DNA of 64,000 nucleotides from Squalus acanthias. Its lineage: Eukaryota. This document shows, piece after piece, positions 33,246 to 46,244 of this stretch (within the stretch, counting starts at the first letter, position 1; every line of letters begins with the position of its first letter). Location: the NCBI GenBank assembly GCA_030390025.1, contig CM059432.1:33420001-33484000 (forward strand). Reading direction: 5' to 3'. Below the pieces are notes generated by a model. That model was not told the origin of the DNA. It made no database searches and saw only the letters and a program-made list of their open reading frames with translations. A program made the position numbers and the translations under genes.

Positions 33246-34711
33246 TTTTTTTTTTTAAACAGAGCTTAATTCTTAATGTAACTAACATAAAAAAAGTATT
33301 CCTGCCAGAATGGACCAGCCAACAGATTCCTGCTTCCTTGCCAAGATACTTCAGTCAAAAGAGGCCAATTTGCTGCCGATGAAGTCCAAGCAGAACAGAT
33401 TTGTCTGTTGCCAAAATAGGTTTTCCAAAAAAAAACTAAATTCTAAATGATTTTGTTTTGAAAAATTCAAGGAATTAGGCCCCAGAATGAGGCAATAGGT
33501 CCGAGAGTGTCTGAAACTGACTTTTTTTTTGTTGGAAAGAAATGACAAAATGCAACAGGAAATTCTGATTGGGAACTTCACTTACGAATGCTTCACCTGC
33601 TCGCACTACAAATTAGGCCATTTATTTTAAATTAGGCAAATGTTTGCATAAAAACAGCACTCACGGGAATGCAGCATAGGAACAGGAGGAGGCCATTCAC
33701 TCCCTCAAGCCCATTCCGTCATTCAATGAGATCACGACTGATCTGTAGCTCAACTCCATTCACCCGCCTTAGCTCCATATCCCTTGATACCCATACCTAA
33801 CAAAAATCTATCAGTCTCAGTCCTGAAAGCTCCAATTGTCCCAGTATCCACAACCTTTTGGGGAGAGCATTCCAGATTTCCATTACCACATGAAGTTCAC
33901 CGGTTGGAATTTCTGCTCTTCGAGCATCATGACGTCAATAAACATGCTGTGAAAACAGCGACATTAAAATGATAATTAAACAAGTTGCAAAATAAACAAG
34001 TTGATGAAGCTGTAAGTGAAGCTGCCAGTAAGTTTTATAAATGGAGCCATTGTTTAGGCCGCAATTAGGATATTGGGGTCAATCTTCCTGATGAGTTACG
34101 TTAACCTGAATGGACAATGGATGAAAATAAAGCGGGAAGCCATACCACCAGCCCCCTCCTTCCTCATCACCTGGCTCTATTTCCGGGATTTGCCCCGGAG
34201 GTGATGTCAGGTATACAATACATCCACCTACATATGGCGAGGGTATTATAATAAGATGCAAATAATGGGCTAATGGCAATTGACAGGATGCTGCCATACA
34301 ACATATTTCTCATTATTTGTGCCTGGGTGTAATGAATTCTTGTGTTAGTATAATCCTGGCATCTAGCATTGCTTATAGTGGTTTAAAATTTGAATTGCCC
34401 ATTTTCCCAATTTGACGTGGCAAATTAAAAGTTTCAGACTAAATAAATATTTTTACTGATCATCAACTGGCAACCACCGGGTGCGCTAGCCTGTGGCAAA
34501 GTACCGCAGCAGCTTCGCTCCCTCACCTCACCTCACCTGAGGCAGGTGCTGCAGTGGCAACATAAATGGACTCGGCGCCTGCCCTATGCCTCGAAATGAT
34601 CTTGTCTCCAGAGAATGGGCCAAGGCCAGAGACACAGGCAAGGGGTGGGAGAAAGTTCCACCCTGCTGAAGATCTCCCACCATTGTGGCAAAGAGGACAA
34701 GCTAGTGTGTA

Positions 34712-35595
34712 CAGCCGTGGCTCTGTCGGTAACACACTCGCCTCTGTGTTAGAAGGTTGTGAGTTCAGTGTCTTGAGCGTATAATCCTGGCTGACAGTTC
34801 AGTGCATGGAGTGCTGCACTGTTGGAGGTGCCGTCTTTCAGATTAGATGGCATGTCGGGCGTTACTGCAAGGGGGTTGGAGCATGAGAGTAAGGAAGTCT
34901 TACTACAATTGTACAGGGCTTTGGTGAGACCACACCTGGAGTACTACACAGTTTTGGTCTTCTTATCTGAGGAAGGACATAGTTGCCTTAGAGGCGGTGC
35001 AATGAAGGTTCACTAGATTGATCCCAGAGATGAGAGGGTTGTCCTATGAGGAGAGATTGAGTAGATTGGGTCTATACTATCTGGAGTTTAGAAGAATGAG
35101 AGGTGATCTCTTTGAAACATATAAGATTCTGAGGGGGATTGACAGGGTAGATGCTGAGCGGTTAATTCCCCTGGCTGGAGTGTCTAGAACTAGGGGGCAG
35201 AGTCTCAGGATAAGGGATCAGCCATTTAAGACTGAGATGAGGAGGAATTTCTTCACTCAGAGGGTTGTGAATCTTTGGAATTCCCAAAGGGCTGTGGATG
35301 CTGAGTCATTGAGTATATTCAAGGCTGAGATAGATAGATTTTTGGACTCTAGGGGAATCAAGGGATAAGGGGATTGGGCAGTTGAGGTCGAAGATCAGCC
35401 ATGATCTTACTAAATGGCAGAGCAAGCTCAAGGGGCCGTATGCCTACTCCTGCTCCTAATTCTTATGTTCTTAATTTCTTAAACCGAGACCTAGTCTGCC
35501 CTCTCAGGTGGATATAATTGATCCCATGACACTATCCAAAGAAGAGTTCTCCCCGGTGTCCTGGCTAATATTCATTCCTCAGCCAACATCAACAA
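34712..35595 (+). mobile_element. Deu-domain SINE split by a CR1 3' fragment (about 34850-35475)
   Basis: SINE halves are collinear across the insert; the insert has RRMRGDLFETYKI and RRNFFTQRVVNLWN. Confidence 0.85.
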
Positions 35596-36682
35596 CAACA
35601 ACTATAGCGCCTTTAACGTAATAAAACATCCCAAGGTGCTTCACAGGAGTGTTATAAAACAAAATTTGACACCGAGCCACATAAGGATATTAGGGCAGGT
35701 GACCAAAAGCTTGGGCAAAGAGGTAGGGTTTAAGGAGCATCTTAAAAGAGGAAAGAGAGGCGGAGAGGTTTAGGGAGGGAATTCCAGAGTTTAGGGCCTT
35801 GCCAGCTGAAGGCATGGCCACCAATGGTGGAGCGATTGAAATCGGGGATGCTCAAGAGGCCAGAATTAGAGGACCGCAGATACCTCGGAGCATTGTGGGG
35901 CTGGAGGAGATTACAGAGATAGGGAGGGACGAGACCATGGAGGGATTTGAAAACAAGGATGAGCATTTTAAAATTGAGGCGTTGCTTAACCGAGGTAGGT
36001 CAATGAGCATGGGGGTGATGGGTGAACGGGACTTTGTGAGAGTTAGGACATGGGCAGCAGAGTTTCTGATGACCTCAAGTTTAAGGAGGGTTGAACCAGG
36101 AGGCTGGCCAGGAGTGCATTGAAATAGTCAAGTCTAGAGGTAACAAAGGCATGGATGAGGATTTCAGCAGCAGATGAGCTGAGGCTGGGACGGAGTCGGG
36201 CAATGATCCAGAGGTGGAAATAGGCGGTCTCAGTGATGGTGCGGCTATGTGGTCAGAAGCTCATCTCGGGGTCAAATATGACACCAAGGATGTGAACAGT
36301 CTGGTTCAGCCTCAGAGAGTTGCCAGGGAGAGGGATAGAGTCAGTGGCTAGTTGGAAGAAATTTTTGCTCATCCAGAACTGGATGTCGGACAAGCAGTCT
36401 GATAATTTAGGTACAGTGGAGGGGCTGAGAGAGGTGGTGGTGATGTAGCCCTGGGTGTCGTTGTGTGGAAACTGATGCTGTGTTTTTGGATGATGTCGCC
36501 AAGGGGTAACATGTAGATGAGAAATAGGAGGGATCAAGGATATATCCTTGGGGGACACCAGAGGTAATGGTGTGGGAGTGGGAAGAGAAGCCATTGCAGG
36601 TGATCCTCTAGCTACGATTAGATAGATAAGAATGGAACCAGGCTACTGCAGTCCCACCCAGCTGGACGACGGTGGAGAACCG
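35590..36682 (-). mobile_element. L2 LINE 3' fragment
   Basis: Minus strand LSDCLSDIQFWM, LGVIFDPEMSF, GPKLWNSLP and L2 tail. Confidence 0.88.
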
Positions 36683-37115
36683 TTCACTTGGTCCGTAGCC
36701 TTGTAGGTTATGGCACTTAAAGTGCATATCCAAGTACTTTTTAAATGTGATGAGGGTCTCTGCCTCTACCACCCTTTCAGGCAGAGAGTTCCAGACCCCC
36801 ACCACCCTCTGGATGAAAGAATTTCTCCTCAAATCCCCTCCAAACCTCCGACCAATTATTTTAAATCTATGCCCCCTGGTTATTGACCCTTCTGCTAAGG
36901 GAAATAGATCCTTCCTATCCACTCTATCTAGGCCCCTCATAATTTTATACACCTCAATTAGGTCTCCCCTCATCCTGCTCTGTTCCAAAGAAAACAACCC
37001 CAGCCTATCCAATCTTTCCTCATAGCTAAAATTCCCCAGCCCAGGCAACATCTCGTAAATCTCCTCTGCACCCCCTCTAGTGCAATCACATCCTTCCTGT
37101 AATGTGGTGACCAGA
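36683..37115 (-). mobile_element. CR1 fragment
   Basis: SYEERLDRLGLFSLEQSRMRGDLIEVYKI. Confidence 0.9.
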
Positions 37116-37944
37116 AGGAGAGACTAGACAAATTGGGACTCTTTTGACTAGAACAGAGAAGGTTAAGTGGAGATCTAATAGATGTGTTCAAAATTATGAG
37201 GGGTTTTTGATAAGGTAAATCAAGATACTTTACTAAACCAATGCAACATTTTCCAGTTCACCGCTGGCCAATTTCAAAGTAAGATTTCTGAACTAGTGTC
37301 AAAATAATACCAAATTTATGCTGCAGTCCACTAAGAACTGGGTTGGAGACAAAACATCCCCTTTCATCCCCTCCCTTGAGTATTATATGTGTGTGCACAT
37401 GTGTGTGTGAAAATGTGTGTGCGTATGGATTTGTGGTCTGTGAATTGTAAAGGGCATCAATTTAAAATCAGCACCAAGAGAACAAAATGAGAGATTAGCT
37501 GTAGGGTTGTTAGGACATGGAATGCCTTACCAGAACCAATGGTTGAAGCAGAATCCATAACAGATTTTAAAAGGAAAGTGAAAGGGCAGGGAAATGGGAC
37601 AAAGTGGATTGGAATGATGGGCTAAATGGCCTTTTTCTGTGCTTAAATTTGTGACTCTTTAACTCTGGGGTCACTTCAACGATCTGATTGCTGAACAGAC
37701 TGAAGCCAAAAAGTGTGAGACCAGCTGCCGGGTATAGTATAACTCCATTCCAGGGTGGACCCAAGTTTGAGAAATTCCCAGTCAGTCCATTAGACCGCAT
37801 GCAAATTTTTCCACACTTAAGTTTGAATGTTTGCAATGCTAATAGAAGACATTCCTCAGGGGGAGGGGTTGGGGGGAGTAATGTTCTCCTACAGCACCAC
37901 TGTAAATTTGCCAAACGCCCCATAAATAGACAAGGGAAGCCGAG

Positions 37945-38342
37945 AAAAGCAGAGAAGGTTAAGAGGAGATTTAATAGAGGTTTTCAAAATGATGAGGTGT
38001 TTTAATGGAGTAGATAGGGAGAAACTGTTTCCACTGGCAGGAAAGCCGATTAACGGAGGACGCAGAATTAAGATAATTGACAAAAGAACCAGGAGAGAGA
38101 TGAGGAGAAATGTTTTACACAGCAAGTGTTATAATCTAGAATGCACCACCTGAAAGGATGGTGGAAGTAGATTCAATAGTAACTTTCAAAGGGAATTGGA
38201 TATATACTTGAAAAGGAAAAATTTGTAGGCTATGGGGAAAGAGCAGGGGAGTGGGACTAATTGGATTGCTCTTTCAAAGAGCTGGCACAGGCACGATGGG
38301 TCGAATGGCTTCCTTCTGTGCTGTAAGATTGTATCATTCTGT
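37945..38342 (+). mobile_element. CR1 3' fragment
   Basis: agaaggttaagaggagatttaatagagg...gaatggcttccttctgtgctgtaa. Confidence 0.85.
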
Positions 38343-38689
38343 TGTATTAAGTTATTGGCTTAGTTACAACGGCAACAGGAGAAGCCTCGAGTCGATTCAC
38401 CCCCATAGTTGCACTAATACTGCGGCGAGCTATTTATTGATGTGCAGTGTCAGTTGTTACGTTGACAAGGAACTCGTGTTCTCCTAATCTTAAAATCTAA
38501 ACGCCAGTAAGAGAATTGGGTTTTATTCCAACAAGGACCTGCTCACCCTGACATCACTTCATCTGGAGTAGAGAGAGAGGCAAACAGAGATGGGAGATGA
38601 GGGATAGGGGATTGGGGGAGGGTGGAGGGGGGAGTGGTGCAGCAGTTCCCACTGATTGCTCATAACTTTCAACAATGGTTGGAGACACG

Positions 38690-39147
38690 TGCCAGCTGTG
38701 GCTCAGTGGATAGCACTCTTGCCTCTGAGTCAGAAGGTTGTGGGACCCACTCCAGGAACTTGAGCACATAATCTAATCACAAAAATCTAGGCTGACACTC
38801 CAGTGCAGTGCTGAGGGAGTGCTGCGCTGTCGGAGGTGCCGTCATTTTGAATGAGACGTTAAACCGAGGTCCTGTCTGCTCTCTCAGGGGGACGTAAAAA
38901 ATCCCATGGCACTATTCGGAAGAAGAGCAGGGGAGTTATCCCCGGTGTCCTGCCCAATATTTATCACTCAATCAACATCATAAAAATAGATTATCTGGTC
39001 ATTATTACATTGCTGTTTGTGGGAGCTTGTTGTGCACAAATTGGCTGCCGTGTTTCCTACATTACAGCAGTGACGACACTTCAAAAAGTACTTTTGGACG
39101 TCCTGAGGTCGTGAAAGGCGCTATATAAATACATGACTTTCTTTCTT
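38690..39147 (+). mobile_element. Near full-length Deu-domain tRNA-SINE (SacSINE1/AmnSINE1-like) with L2-derived tail
   Basis: A-box tggctcagtgg; ggaggtgccgtc...gagacgttaaaccgagg...gaagagcaggggag central domain; aaaggcgctatataaat and (cttt)n tail. Confidence 0.85.
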
Positions 39148-39150
39148 ATT

Positions 39151-39835
39151 GGCCTAGATTTTAACCTGGAGTTCTGTGCCGGGGGCGCTGTTATGAGATC
39201 CGGAAGAATGGGTTTTCCAAATGTCCTGCAGAATTTAACTGCAGGGCTCCTTTAAATGGGGTTCCCGCCCACAGGCAGCCTGATTGACAGGCTTGGAGGC
39301 CTTTCGGGCTAGAAGCCTGCTTCACAAGGCTGAAGCCTACAAGAGCAGGTAGGTGTATTGGGGAAGTGAGAGCAATCAGGGGCGGGGTGGGTCCGGATCG
39401 TGGAGGGGGTCCGGATTGCAGGGGGGGGTCCAATGGTGGTCGGGGCGGGGGAGGGGTTGACGCGGAACAGACAGATCATTGGAGGGAGGTTTTACTGGGT
39501 AGCTTGTTGGCCCACAAGCAGTGCTGTAAAGGCACTTACGTCACGGATTCAGCCCTTTGCGCCTGCTTTCAGCTGCCAAGTTTCCCGAGGCCCTGGAAAC
39601 ACGGCCGCCTGTGGTTAAAAATAGAATCACTTAAAATGAGGGCAGGCAGTCTCATAATATTTAAATGACCAACCCCCTTCCTGCGAGCAGATTGGTTGCA
39701 CGCCCCTCGCCCCGCCTCCGTTGAAACTGGAAGTGGGCGGGTTCGAGGCGGGTTCGGTTCCCATTCCAGATTTTTTGCATTTTAACCTTTGACACGACAC
39801 CAATCCACCCGTTTTTGGGAGTTAAGATTCAGCCC
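39151..39835. mobile_element. Harbinger-type MITE
   Basis: TIRs ggcctagattttaac / gttaagattcagccc, ATT TSD on both sides. Confidence 0.8.
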
Positions 39836-40659
39836 ATTATGATAGTCTTGCGTTTCTATAGTATAACAGTTAAGGACAGATTCTTGGGCTATTATTGGTA
39901 ACATGAGAAATTTAATGTTAATGTTTTTTCCAAGAAAGAGCCATTGGGGTACCCTACAAACAAAAAGCCTATTCATCATTCATGAGGCTTGAATCTCCAT
40001 GATGATAGTGCCAGGCCCCCTACTCTGCCAGACCGTGGCAAGACTCAAATGCTGGCTGACAGGTGACTATGAGACAATCCCAGGTGTCCTGCCTATGGCT
40101 GTTATCACTGGGAGCCCTCCATACCGTTCCTATTTGCCTTGTTGAGGCTGTGTTTGCTCCACACACTGTCCAGAGGGTCTCCTCTCCTGCCAATGACACT
40201 GTTCTAAGAAGTTGGGCAGCCAACCAACAGCCTCCACGAACCAGCAACCTCCACAGTGGTCAATTTTGGCAGTGCCAGACCCATCAAATGCCAACCATAT
40301 ATATTCACACATACCCACATACACATGCACACACAGACCTGCGTGCATGTATACACATACACAGGTACATGTGCGCACACTTATGCATTCAAGTACATAT
40401 ACATGCACTCACACATGTATGTGAACACACACAACATTGGAGAGAGGGATGAAAAGGGATGTTTTGTCTCAAACCGAGTTCTCGGTGGACTATGAGTTTG
40501 CAGCGTAAATATTAGAATAATTTGGCACTAGTTCAACAATCTCACTTCAAAATTGGGAGTTGGAAGGTGTTACGCTGATTCAGTCAAGTAACATTATTGG
40601 GCTAGTTTAGAGGGAGCTGTTCCTTGATCTATGCTATGAGAAAAAAATAAACAGCAATA

Positions 40660-40880
40660 GTGACCTATTTTAGTGATGTTAGTTGAGGGATAAATGTTGG
40701 CCAGGACACCGGGGAAAAATTCCCTGCTCTTCGAATAGTGCCTTGGAATCCTTTACGTCCACCTGAGAGGGCAGATGGTTTAACATCTCATCCGAAAGAC
40801 AGCACCTCCAACAGTGCAGTGCTCCCTCAGTACTGCACTGAGGACCTAGATTTTGTGCTCAAGTCTCTGGAGTGGGATGT
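40660..40880 (-). mobile_element. Deu-domain SINE fragment
   Basis: Reverse complement of the SINE central domain. Confidence 0.8.
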
Positions 40881-42459
40881 AATGTGATACGATCCCATGG
40901 ATCAGCTCCAGATTTCAATCATGTGGCAGCAGGGAGCTGCCAAGTAGCCCTTCCACTTAGATACCATGAACAGCCCACCTCCTAATATTGGTTCCCCTCT
41001 TTTCTCTCACTGGACTGTGGGAGAAAGATTGAGATCAGCACCAATGTGATGATTTTCTGACTTCCCTCTCAGTCAGAAGTGTCACCCACTGGAAGCACAT
41101 ATCAGAGATTTAGGCACATGCGCGATTTTACGACAATGGTTACTGCCAAAAGCGCAAAGTCAGAAAATTGTGCCTTAAATTACAACTCGACCAAGTATCC
41201 ACTGAGAATGAGTATGGAACCTGGGCCCTTGCTGATGTGTAGAACTCAGCACCGCACGGGGTATATTCATCCATTAAGTCATTGAAAGAACCCCCAATCC
41301 TTTCCTCTCCCCTCCCCCTTCCCTCCTGTCCCAGCTTTTATTGCTTGAGTAAAACTGAAAACTTGCCTCGCTCACACACTCACACACCATCAAACACAAG
41401 CTCTTTGCTTTTCACACCATCCTTTGTCCCTTGTGACAAGAGTACACTCTCTTTTCTGAAGAGGTTCTTCTGTAATCTGTGGAGTTGGTACACATTTTCC
41501 TTAGTGAGGTGAATTGGACTGTTGACAGAAGGCATTAGGCCTAGGCGATAAACCCAGCTGGTGTTTGACTACTATGGAGGAACTAAAGCACATTTTGACA
41601 TCTCTGGCAAATGAACTGTTGACTCCTCAAGTTACAGAGTTAGTCTCGGCTGTAATGTGTTTTCCAATTGATCAGACACTAGATGATTGATTTAAGAGCA
41701 ACAAAACGTTTAATTATTTTCTCATGATGGATTCCTTAACCCTTCCCAATCTCAGTTCTTTTAAAATCTTTGCTTCAAAAAAAACTACACGTGATAATCA
41801 CAATTGTACGGAGACGTGGTGAATTAACTAATCTGAAATAGGATGGCTGTAAATCTGGTAATTGGCCTTAGTTGCCCCTGAGCCAAGGAGTGGGAGGAAG
41901 GAGAAATCAGCACGAGTTCCTGCTCCTGATCCAATGCAGTGATCCCAGTCAGAAAGAGTTTTGGCGTGAGTCTTCTCTCCCCAATCCCTGCCTGCCATGA
42001 GGTTTGGTAGTCCGCTGGGATCACATATGAAGAGTATCCAGTTGGGTGAAATGTCTGGAGGAGCTTCCGTCAGTCATAGGGATGAGTTCAACTCCATGAG
42101 GAGAAGAGGGGGGCAAAACTGTGAGAGAAAACCCGAGAACGGGTGGTCCTACAAAAGCACTGTAGTAAACTGAGCACAGAAGAAAAATATTTAGCCTTTC
42201 TACTGCCAATCTGTGGGGCTCACTGCCTTCTGGCATCAAATAATTCCAGTCCTGCCAGGCTTTGGAGCTCCTAGCCCATTGGCTTCAAAGAGGCTTCATC
42301 CTGCCAACATATGTTGTTCCCTGCCTACTGGGACAAAGTAATCCTCATCTTTATTGGTATATAATGACTATGGGACATATAGTTTCCTGGTAATAAACTA
42401 TTATAGGTGCTGTAACAGGAAGAAGGTAGGACTTGTTTAGTGACAATGGTCAACGGGTA

Positions 42460-43075
42460 TGGCAGTGTAATGGTTATTTTACTGGACTAGTAATACAGAG
42501 ACCTGGACTAATAATACAATGAATGTGAGTTCAAATACCACCATGACAGTTTGAGAATTTGAATTCAGATCTTTTTTTAAATCTGGAAATAAAAATCTGG
42601 TGTCAGTAAAAGTGACCATGAAGCTGTTGGATTCTCGTAAAAACCCAATTGGTTCACTAGGGAAGGAATCCTGTTGTCCTTACCTGGTCTAGCCTACATG
42701 CGGCTCCAGTCCCACACTAACTTAGTTGACTCTTAACTGTCCTTGAGGTGGCCTAGCAAGCCACTCAGTTGTATCAAAACACTACAGTCCCTACCTAACA
42801 ACGTTGTGGGGGCACCTTCACCACATGGACTACAGCGGTTCAAGAAGAAGGTCCACCACCACCTTTTCACCTTTGTTAGTTAAGCTTTAAGGTTATTAAG
42901 AGATATGGGATCAAGGTGGGTAAATGGAGTTGAGATACAGATCAGCCATGATCTAATTAAATGGCAGAACAGGCTTGAGGGGCTGAATGGCCCTGTTCCT
43001 ATGTTCCTCAGGACAACTAGGAATGGACAATAATTGCTGGCCTTACCAGCGATGCCCACATCCCAAAAATGAAGA
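42460..43075 (+). mobile_element. tRNA-like SINE of the second family, with a short CR1-tail insertion (about 42880-43005)
   Basis: Collinear with 28995-29370. Confidence 0.7.
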
Positions 43076-43114
43076 AAACAAAAGGAGATACATGAAAAGA
43101 CTTATTTTGTGAAC

Positions 43115-43725
43115 ATGCCAGCTTAGCTTAATTAGTAACACTCTTGCCTGCCAGTCAGAAAAGAAAGAACTTGCATTTGTATAGGCTGCAGATTCAAGTT
43201 GTATAACAGAGCTTGAGTCACAAGATCATGGGTACAAGGCCCACTACAGGGATGTGAGCATCTTCCAGTACTGAAAGAATTTTGCATTGTCAGAGGTGCC
43301 AGCCTTCAGATTAAAACATTAAACTGAGGCCCTGTCTGACTATTCAGGTGAATGTTAAAGATTCCTTGGCGCTATTTGAAAAAGAGTATGGAATTCTTCC
43401 ATTATACTGGCCAATATTATTCCTTCAACTAACACTAGTAACAAAAATTAGTTATACAGATAGAACTTGCATTTCTAAAGCATCTTTCATGACCTAAGCA
43501 CATTGGGATTCCCTGCTGTTCTTCAAATAGTGCCATGGGATCTTTTACATACATTTTGAGCAAGCAGATGGACCCTCAATAAATGCTTCATATGAAAGAT
43601 GGCACCTCTAGCAGTGCAGCACTGAAGCGATAGGCTAGATTGCATGTTCAAGTCCCTAGAGTGGGGCTTGAACCAATGACCTTCAGGCTCAGAAGTGAGA
43701 CTCCCATCACTGAGCCAAGGCTGAA
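43115..43725. mobile_element. Two decayed Deu-domain SINEs, tail to tail (plus 43115-43450, minus 43460-43725)
   Basis: Similarity to 38690-39147 on each strand. Confidence 0.65.
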
Positions 43726-44364
43726 ACCCACTGTCCAGCCTCTCAAAGAAGAAGGGACATTTTGGTGAAGAGCTTGAAGGCAGCTGATGCACATGAATCT
43801 GTACTGTATATTACACAATATCTATATATTATTAAAAACCTTTCTTAGGGCATACACTTCCTGCCTACAAACCTTACTTTTGTCACAATTTTTCTTCACA
43901 CATTTTTGTCAACATTTACCATTATAAACTACTATGTCAATATTTACCATTATAAACTACTATGTCAACATTTCCCATTCAATTTTGCTATGTCAACGGT
44001 CACAATGTAGTTGCGGGCACTGACCACTAGGTAAAGTGAAGTTCTGCAATCTCTCTCCCAACTCCGTCACCATCATGTATATAAAAAAACATCTATATGT
44101 ACTTCCTATCTTTACAAAATGTGTACATATACATTGTACACAATGCACATGAAGTACTATATGTAGCATATAACGCACTATTTAATGTTAAATATATCTA
44201 TCTATAACATATTACACACTTTCTTATTTCCTGTATCACAATTTTGTCACACCTTGCAACACTTAATGATTCTTAACAAGCTATCATCTGTATGCATTAT
44301 TTTTAAGAGGTAGCCAGTGACCTTCACTGTCCTAACCATGTTTCACTCCTTCTACACTAGGTAT

Positions 44365-45230
44365 TGATTTACTAGAATGGCACCAAGGATGAGGGACCTC
44401 AATTATGTGGACTAGAGAAGCTGGGTTTGTTCTCCTTAGAGGAAGAAGATTAAGTGGAGATTTAATACAGGTGTTCAAAATTATGAAGGGAGTAGACAGA
44501 GAGAAATTGTTTCCACTGGCAGGAGGGTCGGTAACTAGAGGACACAGATTTCAGATAATTGGCAGAATAAACAGAGAGGAGATGAAGGAATTATTTTTAC
44601 GCAGCGAGTTGTCATGATCTGGAATGCGCTGCCTGAAAGGGTGGTGGAAGCAGATTCAATCGTAACTTTCAAAAGGGAATTGGATATATACTTGAATAGG
44701 AAAGATTTGCAGGGCAGGGAGGTGATTGGGACAAAGCAGCCCGCTTGATTGGCACCCCATCCACCACCTTAAACATTCACTCCCTCCACCACCAGTGTAC
44801 CGTGGCTGCAGTGTGTACCATCTACAAGGTGCACTGCAGCAACATGCCAAGGCTTCTTTGGCAGCACCTCCCAAACCCGTGACCACTACCACCTAGAAGG
44901 ACAAGGGCAGCAGGCGCATGGGAACACCACCAAGTTACACACCATCCTGACTTGGAAATATATCGTCGTTCCTTCATCGTCTCTGGGTCAAAATCCTGGA
45001 ACTAACAGCATTGTGGGAGTACCTTCACCACACGGACTGCAGCGGTTCAAGAAGGTGGCTCACCACCACCTTCTCAAGGGCAATTAGGGATGGGCAATAA
45101 ATGGTGGCCTTACCAGCGACGCCCACATCCCATGAAAAAATTGGATAGCTCTTTCAAAGAGCCACCACAACATGGCACAATGGGTTGAATGACCTCCTTC
45201 TGTGCTGTAAAATTCTATAATTCTGATTTT
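44365..45230 (+). mobile_element. CR1 3' fragment with a nested LINE/SINE 3' segment (about 44725-45138)
   Basis: RRLSGDLIQVFKI; the insert ends caccaccaccttctcaagggcaattaggg...gcccacatccc. Confidence 0.8.
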
Positions 45231-45873
45231 GATTCTATGAATCTATGATTCTGATTCTATGACTTTAATATTCTTAGTTTCTAAGATTCTATACATCTAT
45301 GATTCTCTGATTTCATGATTCTATGATAATTCTCTGATTTCATGATTCTATGATGATTCTCTGATTTCATGATTCTATGATGATGATTCTGATTTCATGA
45401 TTCTATGATGATGATTCTGATTTCATGATTCTATGATGATGATGATGATTATATGATTCTATGATGATGATTGTGATTATATGATTCTATGATGATGATT
45501 CTGATTTCATGATTCTATGATGATGATTCTGATTATATGATTCTATGATGATGATTCTGATTATATGATTCTATGATGATGATTCTGATTATATGATTCT
45601 ATGATGATGATTCTGATTTCATGATTCTATGATGATTCTGATTTCATGATTCTATGATGATGATTCTGATTTCATGATTCTATGATGATGATTCTGATTA
45701 TATGATTCTATGATGATGATTCTGATTTCATGATTCTATGATGATCATTCTGATTTCATGATTCTATGATGATGATTCTGATTATATGATTCTATGATGA
45801 TGATTGTGATTTCATGATTCGATGATTCTGATTTCATGATTCAATGATGATGATTCTGATTATATGATTCTAC
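45215..45873. repeat. Satellite expanded from the CR1 3'-tail octamer
   Basis: gattctatgatgatgattctgat(tt/ta)(c/t)at units starting directly at the CR1 tail. Confidence 0.9.
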
Positions 45874-46244
45874 GGCTGGGAAATTTACCTCTGTAGCGCC
45901 GGTGCATTTGGCCATTTTTTTTTTTTAAATGGCGTCCGCCTCGCTTCCACCCACATCCGCCACAGCCCTCACTGTTCGCCATCTTGGTGAGGGCGATAGT
46001 ACGGGCGGTATGTGCACACGCCAGTAGTATGCACAGTAGGCAGATCGTGACATCAGTCAGCATTTAACGCTGATTTGATGCACGACCTGCCATTTTTGAT
46101 GTCGCCGCTCCATTCAATGTCCTTTCTTAAACATGCACAGCTGAACGTGTGTTCAGCTGCACATTCAGCTGCACCCACCAGCGCTATTTAAAGGGATACA
46201 TCCAACTTGCAAGTACGTTATAAAACACTGATTTGACCTCAACT

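Noticed and set aside
38690..38770. tRNA gene
   Set aside because: tRNA-derived SINE head with a damaged B-box and no cloverleaf; the same applies to the other SINE heads
40063..40495. His/Thr-rich ORFs
   Set aside because: Arise from a degenerate (CA/TA)n microsatellite at about 40300-40435
43905..43975. 33-bp local tandem duplication
   Set aside because: About two copies in AT-rich DNA, consistent with ordinary slippage
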